A stretch of 64,000 nt of DNA from an uncultured bacterium. Its GTDB lineage: Bacteria > Patescibacteriota > Minisyncoccia > Moranbacterales > UBA2206. The DNA is taken from contig CAIMIV010000003.1 in the NCBI GenBank assembly GCA_903841185.1, positions 773 through 64,772 of the forward strand. Direction: 5' to 3'. Below, in pieces: positions 43,990 to 52,651 of this stretch. Position numbers and translations under genes: made by a program. Each line of letters opens with the position of its first letter. Position 1 is the first letter of the stretch. The notes below the pieces were generated by a model. The model did not search any database. It was not told where the DNA came from and worked only from the letters and a program-made list of their open reading frames with translations.

Positions 43990-44293
43990 AAAATAATTTT
44001 TTAGAGGATTTATGTATGAATAATACCATTTTACGTTATCTTTGACAAAAAGCCTTCTATGTAATAAGATTTCAATAGGCTATTATATTTATTTATGAAA
44101 GGCACGAGCCTTCTAATGGAAGGAAAATACGTGTTTTGAATGATATAAAGCACAGAACATAATAATTTGTTTAAACTGATTTATTTATTGATAAATTTTT
44201 GGTGCAGTAACTATGGTAAAATTATTGCAAATTAGTAAAAAAGAAGCATGAGCATAGCTAATATTATTTATCAACTGAATAGAAGAAATCACC

Positions 44294-45811
44294 ATGGAAA
44301 TCATAATTGGCGCTTTAAGCTTGCTTTTAGGCGCATCTTTTGGCTATTATGCCAGACAATCAATTGCCAAAAAGCAGTTGAATACAGCAGAAAGTAACGC
44401 GGCAAAAGCTTTAGAAGAGGCAGAAAAAAAGGTCAAAGAAATCGTTATTGAGGCTAAGGGCAAGGCTGTGGATATCTTGGAAGAAGCCAAGAAGAAGGAG
44501 CAAGAGCGAGAACAAAAAATAGCCCGTTCCGAGGAACGGCTGGAAAAAAGAGAAGTGACCTTAGAAGGAAAAATAGAGGAAATTGAGCGGGGGCGGGAGC
44601 TGCTGGAAAAAAAGGCTGGGGAAATCCGTCAAATTAGAAAAGAAGTGGATGAAACGAGAGCACAAGAACTGAAAAGATTGGAGAAGATAGCCGGACTGTC
44701 CAAGGAAGATGCCAAGAACGTTTTATTGCAACTAACAGAGGAGGAAAATCGTGATCTTATTGCGAAAAGAATCAAGAGTCTGGAAGCTACCGGGCAAGAG
44801 GAATTGAATAAAAAAGCGAAAGACATCATGACTTCCGCTATTCAAAAATATGCCGGTTCCCATTCGGCTGATGTGACCACAAGTACTGTTAATATTCCTT
44901 CGGATGAAGTGAAAGGTAGAATTATTGGGAGAGAGGGAAGGAACATCAAAACGTTAGAGCGATTAACCGGGATTGAAATTATCGTAGATGACACGCCGGA
45001 GGCGATTGTGATTTCCGGTTTTGATCCTATTCGAAGAGAAATCGCCAAAATTGCTATTGAAAAATTATTGGGAGACGGCAGAATTCATCCGACAAAAATT
45101 GAGGAAGCAGTGGAATTTGCCAAGCAAGAAATTAATAACAAAATTCGGGAGGCAGGAGAGGCGGCGGTGTATGATGTGGGCGTGGCCGGACTGGATCCCA
45201 AACTGGTGCAGATCATTGGCAGACTGCGTTATCGCACCAGTTATGGACAAAACGCGTTGTTACACTCACTAGAAGTAGCGCATCTTTCAGGCGCGCTGGC
45301 TTCGGAGTTGGGAGCGGATGTGGCGATTGCAAAAAAAGCGGGATTGCTGCATGACATCGGAAAAGCAATCGATCATGAAGTGGAAGGAACGCACGTGGAG
45401 ATTGGCATCAAGATTTTACAAAAGTTCAATATTGGAAAAGAAATTATTGATGCGATGAAATCACATCATGAGGATTATCCATTTGATAGTCCGGAATCGA
45501 TGATTATTGCGGCTGCTGATGCCATTTCGGCCAGTCGTCCAGGAGCTAGAAAAGATACCTTGGAAAATTATTTAAAGCGCTTAGGAGAATTGGAAGACGT
45601 TGTGAATTCTTTTGAAGAAGTGGAGAAGAGTTATGCCATCCAAGCCGGAAGAGAAATTCGGGTATTTGTGAAGCCGGATAAAACCGATGATTTAGGCGCC
45701 ATCAAGCTAGCGCGTTCCATCGCGGATAAGATCGAGGCGGAACTGAAATATCCGGGAGAGATCAAGGTGAATGTTATTCGGGAGACCAGAGCGACAGAAG
45801 TGGCTCGATAA
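44294..45811 (+). CDS. rny: Ribonuclease Y
   Basis: N-terminal TM, long coiled coil, KH 'GRIIGREGRNIKTLE', HD domain 'LLHDIGKAIDHE'. Confidence 0.85.
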   Translation: MEIIIGALSLLLGASFGYYARQSIAKKQLNTAESNAAKALEEAEKKVKEIVIEAKGKAVDILEEAKKKEQEREQKIARSEERLEKREVTLEGKIEEIERGRELLEKKAGEIRQIRKEVDETRAQELKRLEKIAGLSKEDAKNVLLQLTEEENRDLIAKRIKSLEATGQEELNKKAKDIMTSAIQKYAGSHSADVTTSTVNIPSDEVKGRIIGREGRNIKTLERLTGIEIIVDDTPEAIVISGFDPIRREIAKIAIEKLLGDGRIHPTKIEEAVEFAKQEINNKIREAGEAAVYDVGVAGLDPKLVQIIGRLRYRTSYGQNALLHSLEVAHLSGALASELGADVAIAKKAGLLHDIGKAIDHEVEGTHVEIGIKILQKFNIGKEIIDAMKSHHEDYPFDSPESMIIAAADAISASRPGARKDTLENYLKRLGELEDVVNSFEEVEKSYAIQAGREIRVFVKPDKTDDLGAIKLARSIADKIEAELKYPGEIKVNVIRETRATEVAR

Positions 45812-45923
45812 GCGTGGTGGGCTGTGGATAACTAATTTGACTTATTTCAGGCAAAAGAAGCATAATAGAGGAGCAGTAATAATTCTGTGGATTTAAAATA
45901 AAACTAGAAAGGCGGGTGAAATT

Positions 45924-46205
45924 ATGATAAATGTAAATAAAGATGCTTTGGTTAGCGCCATCGCCACAAAAACTGAACAATCAAAGAAAGACGTGGAATT
46001 AGTGATTGATACTTTGATTGAAGAAATTACCAAGGGTATGCAAGCTGGTAATAAAGTAGCTTTAACCGGTTTCGGAACATTTAAGGTTTCTGCAAGAGCA
46101 GCTCGAATGGGGATCAATCCTCAGACCAAGGCCAAGATAGAAATTCCCGCTATGCGAGTGCCCAAGTTTACCGCTGGAAAAACATTAAAAGAAGCTGTTA
46201 AATAG
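45924..46205 (+). CDS. hup: HU-family DNA-binding protein
   Basis: 'GFGTFKVSARAARMGINPQTKAKIEIPA' arm region. 93 aa. Confidence 0.85.
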   Translation: MINVNKDALVSAIATKTEQSKKDVELVIDTLIEEITKGMQAGNKVALTGFGTFKVSARAARMGINPQTKAKIEIPAMRVPKFTAGKTLKEAVK

Positions 46206-46341
46206 ACAGAATCTTTTTAGCAAGAATCCTCTCGCGCATTGAGAGGATTTTTGCTTCCAGACTTGGGTTGCCAATAGGAAGTTACTTGTTGACGAAAGCG
46301 GGAAATGAATGTAATATCTATAAGTAGCTAATATAGAAAGA

Positions 46342-46412
46342 CGGGGCGTTGTGTAATGGTAGCGCGCTTGGTTTGGGACCAAGTAGTCCGAGTTCGAGTC
46401 TCGGCGCCCCGA
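46342..46412 (+). tRNA. tRNA-Pro (anticodon TGG)
   Basis: Acceptor CGGGGCG/CGCCCCG, anticodon stem CTTGG/CCAAG with loop TTTGGGA, T-arm CCGAG-TTCGAGT-CTCGG. Confidence 0.8.
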
Positions 46413-46518
46413 CAAATGGACAATTTTGAATTTATAATTTTGAAGGAATTTCGAAATTAAAAATTATAGCATTAGGATTTGATTTAAAATTCGAAATTGG
46501 AAATTTAAAATTGAAACA

Positions 46519-46590
46519 AGCGGGTGTCGTATAGTGGCTATTATATCAGCCTTCCAAGCTGAGGAGGGGGGTTCGATTCCCCCTACCCGC
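46519..46590 (+). tRNA. tRNA-Gly (anticodon TCC)
   Basis: Acceptor GCGGGTG/TACCCGC (G-U), anticodon loop CTTCCAA, T-arm GGGGG-TTCGATT-CCCCC. Confidence 0.85.
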
Positions 46591-46596
46591 TCAAAA

Positions 46597-46628
46597 TTTA
46601 AAAATCCCTAGGTTTATCCTAGGGATTT
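46597..46628 (+). terminator. Rho-independent terminator after tRNA-Gly(TCC)
   Basis: AAAAATCCCTAGG-tttat-CCTAGGGATTTTT. Same architecture as the terminator at 14586. Confidence 0.7.
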
Positions 46629-46640
46629 TTATTTTATTAG

Positions 46641-46660
46641 AGGGATGGGGAATCGAACGG
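46641..46660 (-). pseudogene. Decayed antisense tRNA-like remnant (paralog of 14626..14667)
   Basis: GGGATGGGGAATCGAACGGG is identical to the core at 14631. No intact acceptor partner. Confidence 0.35.
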
Positions 46661-46751
46661 GCCACGTCGCTCGCGAGTAATGCCAAGTCCTCGCTTGAGT
46701 TTATGGATAAATTACGTTAGAATAGTAAAATAAATAAGGAATATTTTTCAC

Positions 46752-47096
46752 ATGACATACCTACTTAGACTTGCGTTAATAATTATTTCAGCAACAACTA
46801 TCATTATTGCTGATTCATTGATAAAAAAAATTAGCGCGGGTCAATCTTTTTTCAATATTATCAAGGACCCATGGATGATCTTGGTCTACGGCCTGTATTT
46901 AATCGGAATATTCATTGCGATATTTATTTTCATATCCAAAGGCGAATTGGCTATCTATGCCAATCTATTTATTATTTTCTACGGAATATTTGGCGCGATC
47001 ATCGGGATGATATTTTTCAAAGAAACTATCTCTACGATACAAATGGCGGGAATCGGTTTTGGCCTGCTTGGCGCAATTCTAATGAATTTAAAATAA
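46752..47096 (+). CDS. Small 4-TM membrane protein (SMR/EamA-like)
   Basis: 114 aa, four hydrophobic segments. Confidence 0.4.
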   Translation: MTYLLRLALIIISATTIIIADSLIKKISAGQSFFNIIKDPWMILVYGLYLIGIFIAIFIFISKGELAIYANLFIIFYGIFGAIIGMIFFKETISTIQMAGIGFGLLGAILMNLK

Positions 47097-47262
47097 AAAA
47101 CTTCTTATTCGGGCTCATTTTGTATTGGAATGGGTATCCCGTTCAGGCTTATCTTGTATTGGACTAGACTCGCACTAGCTATTAAAACAGAATAGGTGTA
47201 TAATTTAAATAGAGTTCAAAGAGCAATTTTTTTTTGAATTATAATTTATAAAAAATAAATAT

Positions 47263-48417
47263 ATGCAAAAGCTCAATCGGTTTTTAATAGTCACCGTAGC
47301 TATGGTACTTATGTTTGGCTTAACTGAATCAGTTAAGGCTGCAACTCAGGTACCTCTTTTGACTGCAGGTAACTTTGCTGTTCTGGGTGGTTCCACAGTT
47401 ACCAACACTGGCTCGAGTGTGTTAACCGGCGATTTGGGTGTATCAGCCGGCTCTGCAATTACGGGTTTTCCACCAGGCACAACTAGTGGGACAACACATT
47501 CAAATGACGCAGTAGCAATTCAGGCTCAAGTTGATTTAACAGCGGCTTATATCAATGCTAGTGGCCAAGCATGTGATCACAATTTGACTGGACAAGATTT
47601 GGGAGGAAAAATTCTTACGCCGGGTGTCTATTGTTTTGATTCTTCCGCACAATTAACCGGAACATTAACACTTGATGGCGGGGGAGATCTTAATGCTGTT
47701 TTTATTTTTAAAATGGGCTCTACTCTCACCACAGCTTCGGGCAGTAAAGTTAGTTTGATTAATAGCGCTCAGTCTTGTCATGTCTTTTGGCAAGTTGGCA
47801 GCTCAGCAACACTGGGAACGACTACAAAATTCAAGGGAAATATTCTAGCTTTGACATCTATTACATTGAATACAGGTGCAACTATAAATAACGGTAGAGC
47901 GTTAGCGCGAAACGGTGCTGTTACATTGGATTCAAATACAATTACCAAGTCAACCTGTGCAACCTCTTCAGACGAGTTGACGAATGGATCTGTGAACGAA
48001 ACTGAAGTTACGAGCTCTGATATTAAAGTTAAAAAAACAGCCAGTGATTATAAATTAAATTCTGGGCCAAAGAAAGTCACTTTCACCTATAAGGTTACTA
48101 ATGAAGGGGATGTTGCGTTGAGTGACATCTCAGTCAAAGACGATAAATGTGATGACGTAAAATATGATTCTGGTGATAGTAATAATGATAATCTTCTAGA
48201 TGTAACTGAAGAATGGAAATATGAGTGTACTAAAAAAGTTAAGAAAACTGAGACTAATACTGTCACTGCCAAAGGAACGGCTAATGGAGAGAGAATAAAA
48301 GATACTGATACAGCTAAGGTTACCGTTTCAACTCCTGGTCTCCCTAACGCGGGATCTAATCCTGATGAAGCGGATAGCAGCTTGTGGATGCAGATAATGA
48401 GCTGGTTCTCATTCTAA
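47263..48417 (+). CDS. DUF3494 (ice-binding-like) family secreted protein with LPNAG sorting-like motif
   Basis: 'LTAGNFAVLGGSTVTNTGSSVLTGDLGVSAGSAITGFPPGTT' is the characteristic DUF3494 N-terminal box. C-terminal 'LPNAGSNPDEADSSLWMQIMSWFSF'. Confidence 0.55.
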   Translation: MQKLNRFLIVTVAMVLMFGLTESVKAATQVPLLTAGNFAVLGGSTVTNTGSSVLTGDLGVSAGSAITGFPPGTTSGTTHSNDAVAIQAQVDLTAAYINASGQACDHNLTGQDLGGKILTPGVYCFDSSAQLTGTLTLDGGGDLNAVFIFKMGSTLTTASGSKVSLINSAQSCHVFWQVGSSATLGTTTKFKGNILALTSITLNTGATINNGRALARNGAVTLDSNTITKSTCATSSDELTNGSVNETEVTSSDIKVKKTASDYKLNSGPKKVTFTYKVTNEGDVALSDISVKDDKCDDVKYDSGDSNNDNLLDVTEEWKYECTKKVKKTETNTVTAKGTANGERIKDTDTAKVTVSTPGLPNAGSNPDEADSSLWMQIMSWFSF

Positions 48418-48423
48418 AGGGTT

Positions 48424-48583
48424 AGAGCCTGTTCATAATCTCCGTATTCTGCTGCGAAATTGAAATTCCGGCTGCAAATTGTTCAAAACTCGTCGAAATA
48501 TCCAGATATTCCTCCTCATTTTTCACAATTTTCGCTCGAAATTACAATCTCTCGCGACGAAAGAGAGATTATGAACAGGCTCT
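48424..48583. mobile_element. MITE-like element copy B
   Basis: Left end AGAGCCTGTTCATAATCTC, right end GAGATTATGAACAGGCTCT. Internal hairpin ATCTCTC-gcgacgaa-GAGAGAT. Confidence 0.65.
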
Positions 48584-48656
48584 TAGTGAAAATATCCCCT
48601 GTCGATTAAAAGTCAGGAAAGTCAAACCAGCATTGGTTTGACTTTTCCATTTATAT

Positions 48657-49271
48657 ATGAAGATTTTAAAAAGAATATCGCTCCGAATACTACTAATAGC
48701 CATCCTTGGTGGAGCAATATTTGTGCTGGCACTGATGGTTTATTTTAATTTTAAACAGCCAGTGCAAAATATTGCGGAGCCGCCGGCAGATACCGCTAGT
48801 TTGGTTGATAAGGAAGTGGAAAATATCAATTTGCCGGTGCGGCTCAAGATTCCCGGGATTGGGGTGGATGCTGCCATTGAGTCGCTAGGACTTACGGCTG
48901 CCGGATCGATGGACACGCCGAAAGGCCCGGACAATGTGGCTTGGTATGCGCTCGGAACTCGCCCTGGAGAGCAAGGTAGTGCGGTTATCGCAGGGCATTA
49001 TGGAAAATGGAAAAACGGGCAGGGGTCAGTATTTGATGACCTGCATAAATTAAATAAAGGCGATAAATTGTATATTGAGGATGATAAAGGAATGATAATT
49101 ACCTTTGTGGTGCGCGAAAGCCGCAATTATGACCCAAACGCGGACGCCATAGAGGTATTTAGCTCAGACGACGAGCGGGCTCATCTCAATTTGATTACCT
49201 GTGAAGGAATTTGGAATAAAGCCGAAAAGAGTTTTTCTCAGCGGTTAGTGATATTTGCGGATAAAGAATGA
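48657..49271 (+). CDS. Sortase-family transpeptidase
   Basis: N-terminal TM, catalytic 'VIAGHYG' His and 'LNLITCEG' TLxTC Cys box, Arg downstream. Confidence 0.65.
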   Translation: MKILKRISLRILLIAILGGAIFVLALMVYFNFKQPVQNIAEPPADTASLVDKEVENINLPVRLKIPGIGVDAAIESLGLTAAGSMDTPKGPDNVAWYALGTRPGEQGSAVIAGHYGKWKNGQGSVFDDLHKLNKGDKLYIEDDKGMIITFVVRESRNYDPNADAIEVFSSDDERAHLNLITCEGIWNKAEKSFSQRLVIFADKE

Positions 49272-49382
49272 TTTTTGCCCGGATAGTTCCTTGCTGCGAG
49301 GAAATAGGAAAAAATAAATTGCTTAGTTGGTATTTAGAAATTTCCCTGACAAGGGATTTTTTTATGGGGACAAGAATAAAGC

Positions 49383-50645
49383 GTGTCAAAAGTTGTATTT
49401 ACCTGTATACTAGATACGCTTATGTATATATTTAGAAATAATCAAAAAGAAATTTCCATTTGGAAAAAGCCAGTGCCTTTTGCGGGAGTAGTTTTGTTGT
49501 TGCTTGTTTTGAGTGGTGGCTTTGCTTGGTATGCTCTCAGTTTTTCGAGCAAAATTGTTTTTGATAGTGTCCAACCGAAATTAATTTCTCCAAAAAGGAA
49601 TCTTCCGGAAGCAACCGATTTTTTTCCGGGAGAAAAGGATGGCCAAGTGTGGCATTTTGCTCCCGGGCCAATTTCCATGCGAAAAATCCGAAGTAATGGT
49701 TGTGTGGCGGATGGCTTGTTATCGGGTTATGGAGAAAAAACTAAAGAAATAACCGCTATGTTTAATCGTTCAAATTGCATTTATCTGCATCGTGCTTTGG
49801 AAACGTGGTTGCGCGTGCCTGACTTCAAGGAAGCAGAAAGTATTATGGAAAATGTTAAATTGCAACCGGTAGTGTATGGGATGTTTATTGCGGAAGCAAT
49901 TTCCACGCGAAAAAAATATGAGGATGCAGTAGATGGAAAAAAATATCATTATGAAAAAATGTGTCGGGAAGGAACGGAAGGCCGATGGGGAGCGGACACC
50001 TGCATTCCGAGTGTAGGGAATGTAGAGTATCGGCGCTATCTCAAAGTGATTACTCAGCGAGCGATGGATATTGGGATCCAAAGTTTTCTGTTCGGCCAGA
50101 TCCAACTGCAAGATGAAAAGCATAACTTCCAAGAAACGGAGATGAAAAATATCCTGGCGGATATGCGGCAATATGCCCAGGAGAAAAACATGCAAATTAT
50201 CGTGGGGGCACAGACAGATGATATTGTGGATGAGCCCTATCTGCGGATGTTTGATTATATCGAGGGAGGGGTGGGCATAGATGTGGCCGGTCAGGTGGAG
50301 GATCAGCCCTGCTCCAGTAATTTTGCCAGTTGTTGGGCTTTGCTGTGGGACAAGCGCTATAGCGCCAAGGCGAATAATGTTTTCCTGCATCTGGATTGGA
50401 GCGGTCTGGTCTGGGATGATATGGGAAAATTTGCCAGAATGACTCAAGAAATACGAATGCAGACTCTGCAAAATTTATATGCTAAATTTAATACGGGCAA
50501 TACCGGGTTCATGCTGCCCTATTTAGCTGTGCTTAATCATCAAAATGAGGGTTGTTACGGTCCTAATAAAGATTTTTATACCCCGAGTAATAAGTATAAA
50601 TGCAAGGATGAGGACGCCATGAATCAAATATTGCCTAAATTATAA
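49383..50645 (+). CDS. Hypothetical membrane-anchored protein
   Basis: 420 aa, one N-terminal TM, no motif. Confidence 0.35.
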   Translation: MSKVVFTCILDTLMYIFRNNQKEISIWKKPVPFAGVVLLLLVLSGGFAWYALSFSSKIVFDSVQPKLISPKRNLPEATDFFPGEKDGQVWHFAPGPISMRKIRSNGCVADGLLSGYGEKTKEITAMFNRSNCIYLHRALETWLRVPDFKEAESIMENVKLQPVVYGMFIAEAISTRKKYEDAVDGKKYHYEKMCREGTEGRWGADTCIPSVGNVEYRRYLKVITQRAMDIGIQSFLFGQIQLQDEKHNFQETEMKNILADMRQYAQEKNMQIIVGAQTDDIVDEPYLRMFDYIEGGVGIDVAGQVEDQPCSSNFASCWALLWDKRYSAKANNVFLHLDWSGLVWDDMGKFARMTQEIRMQTLQNLYAKFNTGNTGFMLPYLAVLNHQNEGCYGPNKDFYTPSNKYKCKDEDAMNQILPKL

Positions 50646-50699
50646 AAAGATAGGCGGATTGGAAAGGTGTGGTATAATAGGAAGATAAAAAAATAAGCT

Positions 50700-51155
50700 A
50701 TGCGCATGAATAAAAAAATAGTGGGACTGCTGGTGGCAATTATTCTTTTGGGAGGAATAATATTCTTTTTCAATCATCCGATAGATAAAGTTAATCAAGA
50801 TAAGCAATTAATTAAAAATAATAAACCTATGGAATTGGAAATTAAAACTACCGCTGCCGGGTCCGGGGAGCGGAAGACTAAAAATGGCGACAAGATTGCA
50901 GTGCATTACACTGGGAAATTGACTGACGGGACAAAATTTGACTCTAGTCTTGACCGCGGAACGCCGTTTGAATTTCAAATTGGCCAAGGGATGGTGATTG
51001 CCGGTTGGGATAAGGGATTATTGGATATGCAGGTGGGAGAAAAAAGAACTCTGACGATTCCGGCCGATATGGGCTATGGTGCGCAAGGAGCCGGGGGTAT
51101 TATCCCGCCGAACGCGACTTTGATTTTTGACGTAGAACTGATGGCCATAAAATAA
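50700..51155 (+). CDS. FKBP-type peptidyl-prolyl cis-trans isomerase
   Basis: '[65 protein letters not shown]...ATLIFDVEL'. Confidence 0.8.
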   Translation: MRMNKKIVGLLVAIILLGGIIFFFNHPIDKVNQDKQLIKNNKPMELEIKTTAAGSGERKTKNGDKIAVHYTGKLTDGTKFDSSLDRGTPFEFQIGQGMVIAGWDKGLLDMQVGEKRTLTIPADMGYGAQGAGGIIPPNATLIFDVELMAIK

Positions 51156-51172
51156 GCGAGAAACTGAAGTGA

Positions 51173-51214
51173 AAAAACATCCCGTCCCGCTAAGCGGAAT
51201 AGGATGTTTTTTTG
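51173..51214 (+). terminator. Rho-independent terminator
   Basis: ACATCCCGTCCCGC-taag-CGG..GGATGT followed by TTTTTTT. Shares the 14-nt CCCGTCCCGCTAAG with the terminator at 21052. Confidence 0.6.
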
Positions 51215-51241
51215 TTGCGGGAAATATGCTAGAATGTCTGT

Positions 51242-52012
51242 ATGCAGAAAATAAAGGTCAGCAGCAAAATAGTGATAATAGGCGGTCTTGTTATTGGCGG
51301 GTGCATTTTATTGGCAGTCTTTTTTCACGGAACATTTTTCAAGGAGAGTCGGGTGGTGATTGAAAATAAGGAGATAGAGGAAGGAAAAGAAAGTGCGCCA
51401 TTGTCGCAAGAGGGTAATAGCATGCACGAACAGGCGGACTCGGCAGAGAATGGCCAGCTGGAAATGGTTCCAAATACGCCGAAAGAAACTAAGGTAGTCG
51501 ATAAGAGTCAAAGTGCTTCTATCGCGCAGGATAAAAATAAAAAAGAAGGAGATTTGATAATCGTGAATAGGCTAGTCAATTTTGGGCAAGAAAAAAGAAA
51601 CTCCCGGTTGATTGACACAATTGTGATTCATTCTTCCTATAACGCTCTAGGCGCTGATCCTTTTAGTGTGAGTGGCATCATCAAGGAATATCAGGAATAT
51701 GGCGTGGCAGCGCATTATTTGATTGACAGGGAGGGTATGATATATCAATTAGTGGAAGACAAAAACGTCGCTTATCATGCGGGACTGAGCAGCGTGCCGG
51801 ATGGTCGGAAGGGAGTGAATGAATTTTCCTTAGGCATTGAATTGGTGAATACTAAAACAGAGCAATTCACTGACAAACAATATAGCGCCTTGAATAGCTT
51901 GTTGCAGTCGCTGAAAAGCAAATATCCGATAAAGTATGTTCTGGGGCACAACCAAATCGCTCCAGGAAGAAAGGATGATCCTTGGAATTTTCAATGGGAT
52001 AGATTAAAATAG
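51242..52012 (+). CDS. N-acetylmuramoyl-L-alanine amidase (Amidase_2/PGRP domain)
   Basis: N-terminal TM; 'IVIHSS', 'AAHYLIDREG', 'VAYHAG', 'NEFSLGIEL', 'GHNQIAPGRKDDP' boxes. Confidence 0.7.
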   Translation: MQKIKVSSKIVIIGGLVIGGCILLAVFFHGTFFKESRVVIENKEIEEGKESAPLSQEGNSMHEQADSAENGQLEMVPNTPKETKVVDKSQSASIAQDKNKKEGDLIIVNRLVNFGQEKRNSRLIDTIVIHSSYNALGADPFSVSGIIKEYQEYGVAAHYLIDREGMIYQLVEDKNVAYHAGLSSVPDGRKGVNEFSLGIELVNTKTEQFTDKQYSALNSLLQSLKSKYPIKYVLGHNQIAPGRKDDPWNFQWDRLK

Positions 52013-52036
52013 CTAAGAGGAATAAGATGCAAAAGT

Positions 52037-52309
52037 ATGCAAATTGAAATTAGCATTAAAAATAAGGTAGTAGAAATTTTTCTCCTGAATAAAGGAGCTG
52101 TTTTAACTAAGACTGCGATAACAGAGGAGTATCAGTTGTCAGAAAAATTATTACCAGCGATTGATGCATTGCTTGCAGAAAAGGGGTTGTCCTCTAAAGA
52201 TATTGCGAAAATGACGTTGCAATCGGATATGGGTGACAACTTTACTACGCACCGCATCGCCTTGACAGTAGTGAACGCCTTTAACTGGAGTAAGGCTGTG
52301 GATAACTAG
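52037..52309 (+). CDS. TsaB/YeaZ-like N-terminal domain fragment
   Basis: 90 aa. 'SSKDIAKMTLQSDMGDNFTTHRIALTVVNAFNW' resembles the TsaB 'D.IAV..GPGSFTG.RIG..A..LA' region, but the protein is less than half the normal length. Confidence 0.35.
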   Translation: MQIEISIKNKVVEIFLLNKGAVLTKTAITEEYQLSEKLLPAIDALLAEKGLSSKDIAKMTLQSDMGDNFTTHRIALTVVNAFNWSKAVDN

Positions 52310-52403
52310 TGGAGGGTAATATAGGATAAGAAAAGATAACAACCTATAATAGCTAGAATAAGCCATTATATCCTTGGATAGATTATTAATAAGAGGAAAA
52401 GAG

Positions 52404-52440
52404 TTTTTCTTCTTGACAAGATTAAAAAAACGTTTATAAT
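52404..52440 (+). promoter_or_regulatory. Candidate rpoB promoter followed by a ~200-nt leader
   Basis: TTGACA-agattaaaaaaacgtt-TATAAT. The leader contains the hairpin GGCTCGC-attaa-GCGAGC. Confidence 0.4.
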
Positions 52441-52651
52441 TAGTATTATATTTGTCAAGTTCTGCTAAGTCTTGACTGGCTCGCATTAAGCGAGCAAACC
52501 TTCTTCACGAAATAGGTCCGGGGGTGATGTTTTCTCAAATAGTAGGGAAAATAAACTAAGAAAAAAGCTTGCAAAAAAACAACCAAATAATTTAATATTT
52601 AACTGTAAGATCTCATTCATTTTACTCGCTTTTAGAAAATAAAAGGGAGTA

